This document shows positions 38,554 to 47,592 of a DNA stretch of 64,000 nucleotides, in pieces (positions within the stretch are counted from its first letter, which is position 1; every line of letters begins with the position of its first letter). The DNA lies in the IMG/VR virus record IMGVR_UViG_3300005965_000004, positions 21,395 through 85,394 of that record; one strand, written 5' to 3'. The translations under genes were made by a program, and so were the position numbers. The notes under the pieces are model-generated. The model was not told where the DNA came from and made no database searches. It worked only from the letters and a program-made list of their open reading frames with translations. Source of the DNA: a virus.

Positions 38554-39294
38554 ATGGTTTTTGACTTCTTCAAAGGCTTTTGGGGATATATGTCCGTGTT
38601 GCCATGGTGGCAAAGTCTTATTATAATCTTTGTAGTAATTTTTACAATAGTTGTTGGAAAATTCTGGAGAGATGTAATTACATGGATAGGTAATAGGATA
38701 ACAGGAGACAGGCTAACATTACAATATAGAATGTTCTGGGGGTTGGCTAACGATGCTATAAATATTCAGTTGAAGGATGAAATTAGAAGATCATTTAGAG
38801 AGAATGGATTTGATGAATTGAGTGGATCAGAGTTCTCTCAATATGTCAAGAATCAAAGTAAAGTACTATTATCTAAGCTTAGAAACCACTTTATAAACTT
38901 ATATCCTCCCAATAAGATGGGTATAAGAATTTCTATGGAAGAGATTCTTGACTTTATAGATAGAAGTGAATCTGATATAGAGGATATGATTTTTGAAGTT
39001 TATATAGAAGCAAAGAAAATAAAGAAACAAGATATTGAACTAATGATGAGTATTGAAGATAAATTTGGAAAAGAGATTGACTCACTTATCAAGAATAAAA
39101 ATGAAACTATGGATTGTAAGAATTGTCTAATAGTTCTTTTTGGAAAGAGAGAAATAGCAGAAAATAAAATGTCAAAAATAAAAACTTTGAAAGCTCAGAT
39201 GAATTTTGCTGAACAAAAGCTTTCGGAAATACATTCTGATTTTCTTTCATTTTTTAGTGAAAGATTGAGTGAAAAGAAAAATAGGAGGAGATAA
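38554..39294 (+). CDS. Membrane protein, possible holin
   Basis: Single N-terminal TM (WWQSLIIIFVVIFTIVVG) and a large soluble domain. Confidence 0.5.
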   Translation: MVFDFFKGFWGYMSVLPWWQSLIIIFVVIFTIVVGKFWRDVITWIGNRITGDRLTLQYRMFWGLANDAINIQLKDEIRRSFRENGFDELSGSEFSQYVKNQSKVLLSKLRNHFINLYPPNKMGIRISMEEILDFIDRSESDIEDMIFEVYIEAKKIKKQDIELMMSIEDKFGKEIDSLIKNKNETMDCKNCLIVLFGKREIAENKMSKIKTLKAQMNFAEQKLSEIHSDFLSFFSERLSEKKNRRR

Positions 39295-39641
39295 TGGCTA
39301 GCAAAGAAATAAAAGAGACTATCAGAGATTTCGTAAACTTTGATATTGAGAATGATTATTACAAAGATGACGAGAAGGTTGAACTTGCTAAGAAATTCAA
39401 AGATATTCTTTTTTATGATGATGCTACTGTTCGTCAGTTTTTAAAATCTCTTTTGAGTAATTTTAGAGAAGTTGCAAGAGATTATTCTCTGGTAGCTAAG
39501 GAGGGTGGAGTCATAGAGGAACCGGATGAACCAGAAGATGCTGTTGAAGAGCCAGAGGATTCCATCGAAGAACCATTATCAACTGAGGAGTCATTCAAAA
39601 GAATAGTAAGAAAATCAGCAGCAGACATTCTTTACGAATAA
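39294..39641 (+). CDS. Hypothetical protein
   Basis: GGAGGAG RBS, EEPED repeats shared with 37916. Confidence 0.6.
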   Translation: MASKEIKETIRDFVNFDIENDYYKDDEKVELAKKFKDILFYDDATVRQFLKSLLSNFREVARDYSLVAKEGGVIEEPDEPEDAVEEPEDSIEEPLSTEESFKRIVRKSAADILYE

Positions 39642-39654
39642 TGGAAAGATAGAT

Positions 39655-40083
39655 ATGAGTGGATTTTTAGATTATTTAGATGAATTTGACAATAGAAAGG
39701 ATAGAGTCGTAAAAGAGGAAAGTAGACAAGTCGAATCAAGTTCAAAAAGAAAGTCTAAAGTTTTGTGTTTGAATGTAGAGGTTCGTTCTCCAGAAGGAGC
39801 GGATGTAGTTATAGAAAAATTACAAAGCTGGGTTTCTGAGAACTTTGGTGAATCTGAAAAACCAAAACCAAAATCCAAGAGACCATATAGGATTCCTCCT
39901 AAAAAAGTAAATAAGAATCCTGTTGTAGAAACAAGATCACATGCTACAAATATTCTGGACGGTCTTCCTGACGAACCTGTTGTCACGGAGCAGAATCAGA
40001 GTAGTATAAATAATATTGCTCATCAACAGAAACCTCAATTTAATTTGGATTCTGTTAAGGGCCATGCATCGGCACTATTATAA
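39655..40083 (+). CDS. Hypothetical protein
   Basis: Starts MSGFLDYLDE. Confidence 0.55.
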   Translation: MSGFLDYLDEFDNRKDRVVKEESRQVESSSKRKSKVLCLNVEVRSPEGADVVIEKLQSWVSENFGESEKPKPKSKRPYRIPPKKVNKNPVVETRSHATNILDGLPDEPVVTEQNQSSINNIAHQQKPQFNLDSVKGHASALL

Positions 40084-40093
40084 GGAGAATAAA

Positions 40094-40516
40094 ATGCCAA
40101 CTGTAGTAACCAACGATTTTAGAAAGTTAATGGCAACAAGTGGAGTCAACCTAAGTGCTGACACTTACAAAGTTGCTCTTATGGGAGAGCATGTCAATTC
40201 AGCATCATCATCGACTCTCAAACAGTCAAGTGACTGGACGAGTGTTTCTGGTTATGAGGTATCCGGTAATGGTTATTCCGCATTGAGTCTATCAGCACCG
40301 ACTGTATCAGCCAACGAAGATAATGTTGTGTATTGGGATGGAACTGATTTGACTTGGACAGATGTGACAGTAAGTCCATATGGATTTGCTATCTATAGAA
40401 CGAGCGATAATCTTGTAGTTGGATATGTCGAGTTTACCGATGGACAAGTCGTTGCTGTCAATGGAACAATTACAGTACAGTGGAATGCCAATGGAATAAT
40501 GAATATTTACGGCTAA
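40094..40516 (+). CDS. Small beta-rich virion structural protein
   Basis: DTYKVAL, EVSGNGY, NGTITVQW. AAGGAG RBS before MPTV, TATAAATA at 40005-40012. Confidence 0.7.
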   Translation: MPTVVTNDFRKLMATSGVNLSADTYKVALMGEHVNSASSSTLKQSSDWTSVSGYEVSGNGYSALSLSAPTVSANEDNVVYWDGTDLTWTDVTVSPYGFAIYRTSDNLVVGYVEFTDGQVVAVNGTITVQWNANGIMNIYG

Positions 40517-40538
40517 TTTGTTTTGAAATTGAAGGAGA

Positions 40539-42257
40539 TTGTTTATGGAAGAATTGACGTTTAGTACGTTCGATAAGAAGCCGCTTTATCTCGAAAATCA
40601 CTTCAGAAATTCAAGTTGTTTTCTTGTTTTATGTGGTCCTAGCCTCAATAGTTTTGATCTAAGTAAAATACAGCAACCCGGTATAATATCACTAGGTGTA
40701 AACAATTCACCTGCAGTTTTCCGTCCTAACATGTGGACATGTGTAGACCATCCATCAAGGTTTATGATAAGTGTTTGGAAGGACCCAAACATAATGAAGT
40801 TCGTTCCTTTTCACAAACATAAGGATGAAGTATTTGACAACTACAATTGGAAAGAGACCAACACAAAAGTTGGAGAGCTTCCTAACGTTATTTACTATCA
40901 TCGCAACGACCAATTCAAAGCAGAAACTTTCTTTACAGAGAAGACGATAAATTGGGGATGCCATAAAAATTATGGTGGTGGTAGAAGTGTAATGATTGCA
41001 TCGCTGAAGATGCTGTATGTGTTAGGATTCAAAAATGTTTTCCTTCTTGGTTGTGATTTTAGAATGGAATTAAACGCTAAGAACTATGCTTGGGAGCAAG
41101 GTAGAAGTAAAGGAGCAGTCAAAGGAAACAATAGTACTTACTCCAAGATGATTGATAGATATAAACAACTTACTCCATATATGGAGAAGTACGACTTTCA
41201 TGTGTATAACTGTAATCCAATGTCAAATCTGGAAGTCTTTCCTTACATGGAATATGATGATGCTGTCAATATGTGTCTTTCTAATTTCCCAGAAGTGAAT
41301 AATGAAAGAGTAGAGGGAATGTATGAAAGATTCAACGAAGAGAAAGAGAAGGAAAAGAAGAGAAAAGAAAAAGAGAAGAGACTAAAGAAAATCAAGGAGA
41401 TAAAGAAAAACCAGATAAAAATAGAAGAATCAGAAAGAGGTTTAGTCTATTACAATGTTGATAAAGGTGCAATTGTTAGAATGGCTGTTTCTATATCGAC
41501 TTGTGTTAGAAACTATAACAAAGACAACATAGTTATATTGTCAGACGAGTTAGGTTATGATGATTGTAAAAAAATTGCTAACCATTTTGGTATTAGAATA
41601 AAAATTATAGAAACAACGAAACTTGACAGAAAAGAAGTACTTCTAAACAAGTGCTTGATGCATAAGTTTACACCATTCAACAACACGATTCTAATAGATT
41701 CTGACACTATTGTCCTCGGTAATATAAACGCGCTTCATGATCTTGCTGATATGAATGAATTTGTTGTTCCTCAGTTTTCAAATTGGACAACTGAGAAAGG
41801 AACAATAAAGAAAAGAATCTTGCAATGGAAAGACATTTTTCCAGAGATGATTGATGATGCTTTGAAACCAGCACCGTCAGTAAACACTGGAGTATATGCT
41901 TTCACAAAGAACAGTGAGTTGATGAATGCTTGGTTTGATGTTGCCAAACATGGTACTCACATGTTCATACCAGATGAGCAGAGCTGTCATTTACTTCTTC
42001 CAAAGTATAAGAACGCCATTGTTCCAAGCATATACAACTGTAGTTGTAAATATGATAAAGTCAATGATAAAACAAAAGTAATTCACTACCATGGAAAAAA
42101 ACATTGTAGAATAGACGATAATGGAAAATTTCTATACAACTCTGATAAGTGGTACTCTGAATTTGAGAAGATAAAACATTTGGATTTTGTAAAAGATAAT
42201 ATTCAATTTGATTCTCAACTAAGGAAAAACATAGGAAAGTACAATGAAAAACTTTGA
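40539..42257 (+). CDS. Bifunctional glycosyltransferase (Maf/DUF115-like plus GT8-like)
   Basis: GPSL, GVN, CVD, LGFKNVFLLGCDF in the N-domain. IDSDT, NTGV, DEQ, IHYHG in the C-domain. Charged linker between. Confidence 0.78.
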   Translation: MFMEELTFSTFDKKPLYLENHFRNSSCFLVLCGPSLNSFDLSKIQQPGIISLGVNNSPAVFRPNMWTCVDHPSRFMISVWKDPNIMKFVPFHKHKDEVFDNYNWKETNTKVGELPNVIYYHRNDQFKAETFFTEKTINWGCHKNYGGGRSVMIASLKMLYVLGFKNVFLLGCDFRMELNAKNYAWEQGRSKGAVKGNNSTYSKMIDRYKQLTPYMEKYDFHVYNCNPMSNLEVFPYMEYDDAVNMCLSNFPEVNNERVEGMYERFNEEKEKEKKRKEKEKRLKKIKEIKKNQIKIEESERGLVYYNVDKGAIVRMAVSISTCVRNYNKDNIVILSDELGYDDCKKIANHFGIRIKIIETTKLDRKEVLLNKCLMHKFTPFNNTILIDSDTIVLGNINALHDLADMNEFVVPQFSNWTTEKGTIKKRILQWKDIFPEMIDDALKPAPSVNTGVYAFTKNSELMNAWFDVAKHGTHMFIPDEQSCHLLLPKYKNAIVPSIYNCSCKYDKVNDKTKVIHYHGKKHCRIDDNGKFLYNSDKWYSEFEKIKHLDFVKDNIQFDSQLRKNIGKYNEKL

Positions 42258-43665
42258 TATCGTAACAGCATGTACTCCTGACTATTTAAAAAAACTGAAT
42301 TGGTCGATACCAACATGGACTATAAAAGATCAATTCAAGGGAAAGCAGTTGATAATTTTCTACCATGGTCTAAAAGAAAAAGATTTTGAATTCGCGAAAG
42401 AATATTTCAAAGTCAAGCTTATTAGATGGGATAATCCAGAAAAACTATCTAATAGAGAGTTGATGCTTTCTTCTTTTGTATTAGGAGTCAATCATATAGA
42501 TCAGGATTACTTTGTAAAACTTGACGCAGACACGTACTTTACAGATAAAAGAGATGTGTTTACTGATGACGACTTTGATAAGGATTTAGTTTCTCATAAG
42601 TGGAATTACACCAAACCAGGATATTGGATTGACATTCTTGACAATTACTTTCTTGGTAAGAATCTTGAGATTGATGAAAACAAAAGAATTCACAAACACA
42701 AACGCATTCAGAGTTTTTGTTGCCTACATCGAACAGACTTTGTAAGAAGAGTTAGCGACAACATTAATGAGTGTAATGGTGGTAGATTACCAGTACCAAG
42801 CCACGATACGGTTCTTTGGTATTATGCTAATTACAATGACAGTAATAGTTGGTCTTCAAAGAATATGAAAAAGTTTGGAGTTGGACACTGCTCCAGATTT
42901 TTGAAAATGAGGGATGATATTTGCGCTAATGAATCGGCTTTCAATCCATATCTGAATAGAGAATTGTTCAATAAGATACAAATTGAAATCACAAATTACT
43001 GCCAGATCGGTTGTAATAACTGTGATAGAAATTGTGGAATTGTCAAGAGAGAAGATCATATGTCAGTGGATCAGATATTCAAGTTTGTAAAAGAGTCTAT
43101 TGAAATGAACCACAAGTGGAGAAGAATAGATATAATTGGTGGAGAACCACTATATCATCCAAAGCTCCGTGAGATTTTCGATGTTATAAAAGTTTACAAG
43201 AACAAGTTTCCAAGATGTAAGATTCGCATAAGTACAAATGGGTTAGGACCTAAAGTAAATGAAGTTATGAAGACTATACCAGATTGGATTTCTATTCGTA
43301 ACTCCAACAAGAAATCTGCTAATCAATCCGGATTCGATGCTTATAATAGTGCGCCTATTGACAATGGTGAGAAGAGAGTAAAGTATTGCTCCATACCTTG
43401 GAGATGTGGTTTGGCATTGACAAGATATGGATATTTTCCGTGTGGTGCTGGTGCATCATTGTGCGAAATATTTGGAAAAGATATTGGAGTCAAATCTCTA
43501 AAGAATTTTAATCTTGAATCTGTAAAGAGTCAACTATCAGAAATATGTCTGTTTTGTGGACATTCTAATTGTAAGTCAAAGCATTTAGTTACATCAAAAG
43601 AGTTGAGTAATTCTTGGAAGAAAGCCGTAAGTGAATTTGATAGTAATAGAATGGAAGAATACTAA
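42244..43665 (+). CDS. GT-A glycosyltransferase fused to radical SAM domain
   Basis: KLDADT, then ITNYCQIGCNNC, GGEP, STNG and a C-terminal Cys cluster. Confidence 0.78.
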   Translation: MKNFDIVTACTPDYLKKLNWSIPTWTIKDQFKGKQLIIFYHGLKEKDFEFAKEYFKVKLIRWDNPEKLSNRELMLSSFVLGVNHIDQDYFVKLDADTYFTDKRDVFTDDDFDKDLVSHKWNYTKPGYWIDILDNYFLGKNLEIDENKRIHKHKRIQSFCCLHRTDFVRRVSDNINECNGGRLPVPSHDTVLWYYANYNDSNSWSSKNMKKFGVGHCSRFLKMRDDICANESAFNPYLNRELFNKIQIEITNYCQIGCNNCDRNCGIVKREDHMSVDQIFKFVKESIEMNHKWRRIDIIGGEPLYHPKLREIFDVIKVYKNKFPRCKIRISTNGLGPKVNEVMKTIPDWISIRNSNKKSANQSGFDAYNSAPIDNGEKRVKYCSIPWRCGLALTRYGYFPCGAGASLCEIFGKDIGVKSLKNFNLESVKSQLSEICLFCGHSNCKSKHLVTSKELSNSWKKAVSEFDSNRMEEY

Positions 43666-44399
43666 TGATAGATTTATGTATACATTGCCATAATTTTCAG
43701 AGAAGATTAGACTGGCTTCTTAGCAGCATCCTCCAACAGAACGATTACGATTTGTCAAAATTAAAAATCAATATTGCTGCTTTGAGAGGTAATGGAAACC
43801 CTACAACGGAAGATTTAGTTGACTTCTTCAGACATCAAGGTCTAAATATATCTATACTTTATTTTGATGATGTAGATGTTTTTGCTAAAAGAGGACTTGT
43901 TAGAAACAGACAGATAGATGTGACCGAATCCGAATGGTTATTCTTTGCTGATGCTGATAATGTATATCATCCAGATTTCTTCAAAGAGTTAGATGTGAAT
44001 TTGAGAAAAGTATCTCGTATTCTAACATCCGTAAACAAGGTACATACAGACATCAATAGCACGAATTCTTTGGTTGATTCTATGAACTATCCAACAATAG
44101 TTCCATCTGTTTTTGAATATGCTAGTAGCCTTGAGTTTATTGATAAAAAAAATAGAAAAGTTGCTGCTGGTTGTATGCAAGTTGTTATGAGATCAGTTAT
44201 AAATAAAAATGGAAATGGTTTGTATGTGAGTAAATCCAGAGATCATCATATGTTCAAGAAGGGGCAAAGAGCTTACAGTGATAAGCATTTTAGAAATAGA
44301 TTAGGAATAAGGACTAGGTTTCTTGATCTACCTTTTCAAATACATCTCAATCACTTTAGAGATAAAGAGGTTGGATATCATATTGAGGATCAAAGATGA
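43665..44399 (+). CDS. GT2 glycosyltransferase
   Basis: LSSILQQ, RN, WLFFADAD, D.HF, HLNH. Confidence 0.8.
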   Translation: MIDLCIHCHNFQRRLDWLLSSILQQNDYDLSKLKINIAALRGNGNPTTEDLVDFFRHQGLNISILYFDDVDVFAKRGLVRNRQIDVTESEWLFFADADNVYHPDFFKELDVNLRKVSRILTSVNKVHTDINSTNSLVDSMNYPTIVPSVFEYASSLEFIDKKNRKVAAGCMQVVMRSVINKNGNGLYVSKSRDHHMFKKGQRAYSDKHFRNRLGIRTRFLDLPFQIHLNHFRDKEVGYHIEDQR

Positions 44400-45037
44400 A
44401 ATTGAGATCAAATTCAAGAAGAATACTGTTTAATGAGTTAGAAGGAGACAATTATTTGCTAAAATCAATAAAACAGGATAGCGTCAAATATTTTCTTGAT
44501 ATAGGAGCAAATGTAGGTTTTATCAGTATAATGGCAAGGATGCTTCATCCTAAAATGAGAATATTTTCTGTAGAACCTCATCCCGATGTTTATGAGAATT
44601 TAATAGACAATGTTGAACATCTCAGGATAAAAACATTAAATGGAGCATTTGGAGATGGTAGTGTATTCTACCTGTTGAAGAGCAGAAAAACAGATTTGTG
44701 TAATAGCTTCACAGATAAGAAGACAGGAAATTATAGCATTCGGAGCTATACTTTGGATTCATTGGTTAGAGAGTTCAATATAGAAGTGGAAGACCTATGG
44801 ATAAAGATTGATTGTGAAGGTGCTGAGAAATACATGATTAATGACCAACTTAGTGAAAATATATTAAGAAGATGTAAGGTTTGTGCTATTGAGGTCCACG
44901 ATAAAATAGATAATGATTCCAACATGTTCATGAATTGGTTTGTCAAAACATTAGAAAACACTCATACAATAAATATTAGTAGACAGAGTAGAAGTTTACT
45001 AATGTTAACGGCTAAGAGAGTAATACAGGAGGAGTGA
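44396..45037 (+). CDS. FkbM-family methyltransferase
   Basis: LDIGANVG, VEP, TLD, IKIDCEGAE, IEVH. Confidence 0.9.
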   Translation: MKLRSNSRRILFNELEGDNYLLKSIKQDSVKYFLDIGANVGFISIMARMLHPKMRIFSVEPHPDVYENLIDNVEHLRIKTLNGAFGDGSVFYLLKSRKTDLCNSFTDKKTGNYSIRSYTLDSLVREFNIEVEDLWIKIDCEGAEKYMINDQLSENILRRCKVCAIEVHDKIDNDSNMFMNWFVKTLENTHTINISRQSRSLLMLTAKRVIQEE

Positions 45038-45255
45038 TGAGAATAAACATATTTCTAAATAGTTATTATCTCATAACCTATTCTTCTCAGAGAATAGGCT
45101 CGATGAAATCTCAAATTATAAAGACAGTGGCAACAAACAAGGAACCTGTTGACTTTTTGAAATCTTTGAGAAAAGACAGTGAAGACATAGAATTCGCTAT
45201 CTTGTATAGTGAAAGAATCAGCAAGAAAGATTACAGAAAATTTTCGGAGGGATAA
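45034..45255 (+). CDS. Hypothetical protein
   Basis: Coupled in-operon ORF with GGAGG RBS. Confidence 0.5.
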   Translation: MMRINIFLNSYYLITYSSQRIGSMKSQIIKTVATNKEPVDFLKSLRKDSEDIEFAILYSERISKKDYRKFSEG

Positions 45256-45258
45256 TCA

Positions 45259-45999
45259 ATGCTTAATATAGTTGCTAGAATTTCGGATCAGCAAGTAGTA
45301 GAAACAACTTCAAGAGAGATTACTCAGGGTTTACTTGAAGCATATGCTACCAATTACGCTAATGGAGATGTAAATGACATTACGTACTATACAGCTACAT
45401 CCCAAGAAGAAGATAGAGTTAACAATGGAGATGATTACTCATTGGTTTGGAGCGGAGACACAATAACAGGACTTGATTTCAGTGTAGAGGATTCTAAGTA
45501 TTGGCTTTCAGTGGAGAAAAGTGCTCCTGGAATCAAAGCGGACGCTCCAGCAGACATTAGTATTTCCAATATCTCTATCTTCAATGCTGGCGATACTTAC
45601 AACCAGGATGATTTGGTTTTTCACAACAATGCTATATTCAAATGTGTAGTTTCTTCAACAACAGAGACACCTTCTACTGGAACAGATTGGGGTATGGTTT
45701 GTAGTGCTTTGACTATAAAGTTCTCTGTATTGAAGCCAGATAAGAGTGGTGTTGTGGAAGCATTCAATGATACTGCTATAATAGATGTTGATGGGAATAA
45801 TGGTTCCAATCCTATGAGATGTCAATTTACATCAGGTGAATGTACAAAGGTTATCATAATGAAGAATAATTCAGATTGTGGTGAATGGATATTCCCATTG
45901 AGAAGTAAGAGAGATAATATAAGAAACTTGGATACTGGAACAGTTTACAATGTTAGAATAAATAATCAAGAAAATATTAAGGTTATTTTACCGTTCTAA
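45259..45999 (+). CDS. Virion accessory protein with CBM5/12-like insert
   Basis: FNAGDTYNQDDLVFHNNAIFKC...P....DW. Paralog of 46975. Confidence 0.65.
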   Translation: MLNIVARISDQQVVETTSREITQGLLEAYATNYANGDVNDITYYTATSQEEDRVNNGDDYSLVWSGDTITGLDFSVEDSKYWLSVEKSAPGIKADAPADISISNISIFNAGDTYNQDDLVFHNNAIFKCVVSSTTETPSTGTDWGMVCSALTIKFSVLKPDKSGVVEAFNDTAIIDVDGNNGSNPMRCQFTSGECTKVIIMKNNSDCGEWIFPLRSKRDNIRNLDTGTVYNVRINNQENIKVILPF

Positions 46000-46029
46000 T
46001 TGAATTATAAATATTGAAAAGGAGAGTTT

Positions 46030-46959
46030 ATGATAATTCAAAGTAAGGTTTGGGGTAAAACCCAGAAAATTTTTGGAAATGAAAACTTTGAAATTCATAG
46101 GATTGAAGTTGAAAAAGGTGGTTATTGTAGCAAACACTACCATAAACACAAGTACAATATGTTTTTCATTGAATCTGGTGAATTGACAATTAAGATTTGG
46201 AGAAGAGATTCTGGTATAGTTGACTCTACTTCAATATCGGAAGGTCAATCTACAGTTGTCGATCCTGGGTCGTGGCATATGTTTATTGGCGCTGATGACA
46301 CAATTGCTTACGAAATTTACTGGACGGAATCGATAAGTGAGGATATAGTGAGAGAATTTTCCGGTGGTATTGGAATTGAAAATGAAAGTATGTATGGTGA
46401 TAGATTCTTTAGAAGAAGAGTAGGTAAGTTTGAGCAAAGGCAGATTGACGCAACAAAAATAATCTATGATGTATTCAAGCCCAAAAGTGTTTTTGATTTT
46501 GGTTGTGGAATAGGAAGTTATTTACTGGCTTTCAAAAGAATTGGATGTAAGGTAACAGGATGTGACAAGTATTATGATGTAGCTAAGAAATACATCAATG
46601 AGGAGGTTGTCAACGACATTTTTTCGTTTGATATTGGTTTCAACAAGATCAAATCAAATGTAAAGTACGATCTGGTTCAGTGTATAGAGGTTGCTGAGCA
46701 TCTTGCTCCTTGGAAATCGGAGTCTTTAGTAAATACAATTACTTATCTTTCAGGAAGACATATATTGTTTTCTGCTGCGCAACCAGGACAAAGAGGAAGA
46801 GGACATGTCAATTGTAGAAGTAAAATTTATTGGATTGACTTGTTTGAGAAGAATGGATTTTTCGTAGATGAAAAATTACAATCAGAAATAACTAATAGAA
46901 TTATTCAAGACGGTGATAAGCTGTCTCTTGCCAAAAATATAATGGTTTTCAAGGGTTGA
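46030..46959 (+). CDS. Cupin (sugar isomerase-like) plus class I SAM methyltransferase
   Basis: KVWG, SKHYHKHK, WHMF, then DFGCGIG, EVAEHL, GHVN. TATAAATA at 46006-46013. Confidence 0.8.
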   Translation: MIIQSKVWGKTQKIFGNENFEIHRIEVEKGGYCSKHYHKHKYNMFFIESGELTIKIWRRDSGIVDSTSISEGQSTVVDPGSWHMFIGADDTIAYEIYWTESISEDIVREFSGGIGIENESMYGDRFFRRRVGKFEQRQIDATKIIYDVFKPKSVFDFGCGIGSYLLAFKRIGCKVTGCDKYYDVAKKYINEEVVNDIFSFDIGFNKIKSNVKYDLVQCIEVAEHLAPWKSESLVNTITYLSGRHILFSAAQPGQRGRGHVNCRSKIYWIDLFEKNGFFVDEKLQSEITNRIIQDGDKLSLAKNIMVFKG

Positions 46960-46974
46960 AAGGAGAAGTTTTTT

Positions 46975-47589
46975 ATGGAAATGTATTTAGTTGTTAGAAA
47001 GGCAGACAAGACCTTAGTTGAGCAAAGTGGCGCATATTCTTCACCAATGCCAAGTAATAATATTATTTTGACGAATATAGTCAAAAAGTATGGTGGAGAA
47101 ACCACTGATTATGAAGTCTACTCAATTACCGACGACCCAACAATAGAAAGAGTTCTAAATGGTGACGAATATTCTTTGATTTGGAATGATAATGCTGTAA
47201 CTGGTTTGGATTTTTTACTTGAAGAGTCAAAGAGACTTATAGTTTTTAGAGGAGCCAATCCGAATAATACTGATGAGTTGAAGTTGGAAATAATGGCTGA
47301 TGGGGTTGACTCTACATTGATACAGTGTACGGCTTATGCTTCATATGAATCCGATGATGTCAATGAAGTTGATACAGACTTCAACGAGACATTGCTGGTT
47401 CCGTTTGATTCACCATCAGGTAGGAGAGCTTTTTCCAAGTTACAATTTGTCAACGGTTATGCCGAGAAGAATTTTAAGACAACGGAATACGGATTGTGGA
47501 GAATACCTAGCAAATATAAGTTTGTTGGAAAGAACGCAAAATCGTATCCAAATTACAAATATGAAATAAATGCTTTACTAGACATCTAA
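46975..47589 (+). CDS. Virion accessory protein, paralog of 45259
   Basis: Shared RV.NGD.YSL.W...TGLDF..E.SK motif, IMADGVDST Ig-like start. Confidence 0.6.
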   Translation: MEMYLVVRKADKTLVEQSGAYSSPMPSNNIILTNIVKKYGGETTDYEVYSITDDPTIERVLNGDEYSLIWNDNAVTGLDFLLEESKRLIVFRGANPNNTDELKLEIMADGVDSTLIQCTAYASYESDDVNEVDTDFNETLLVPFDSPSGRRAFSKLQFVNGYAEKNFKTTEYGLWRIPSKYKFVGKNAKSYPNYKYEINALLDI

Positions 47590-47592
47590 TTT

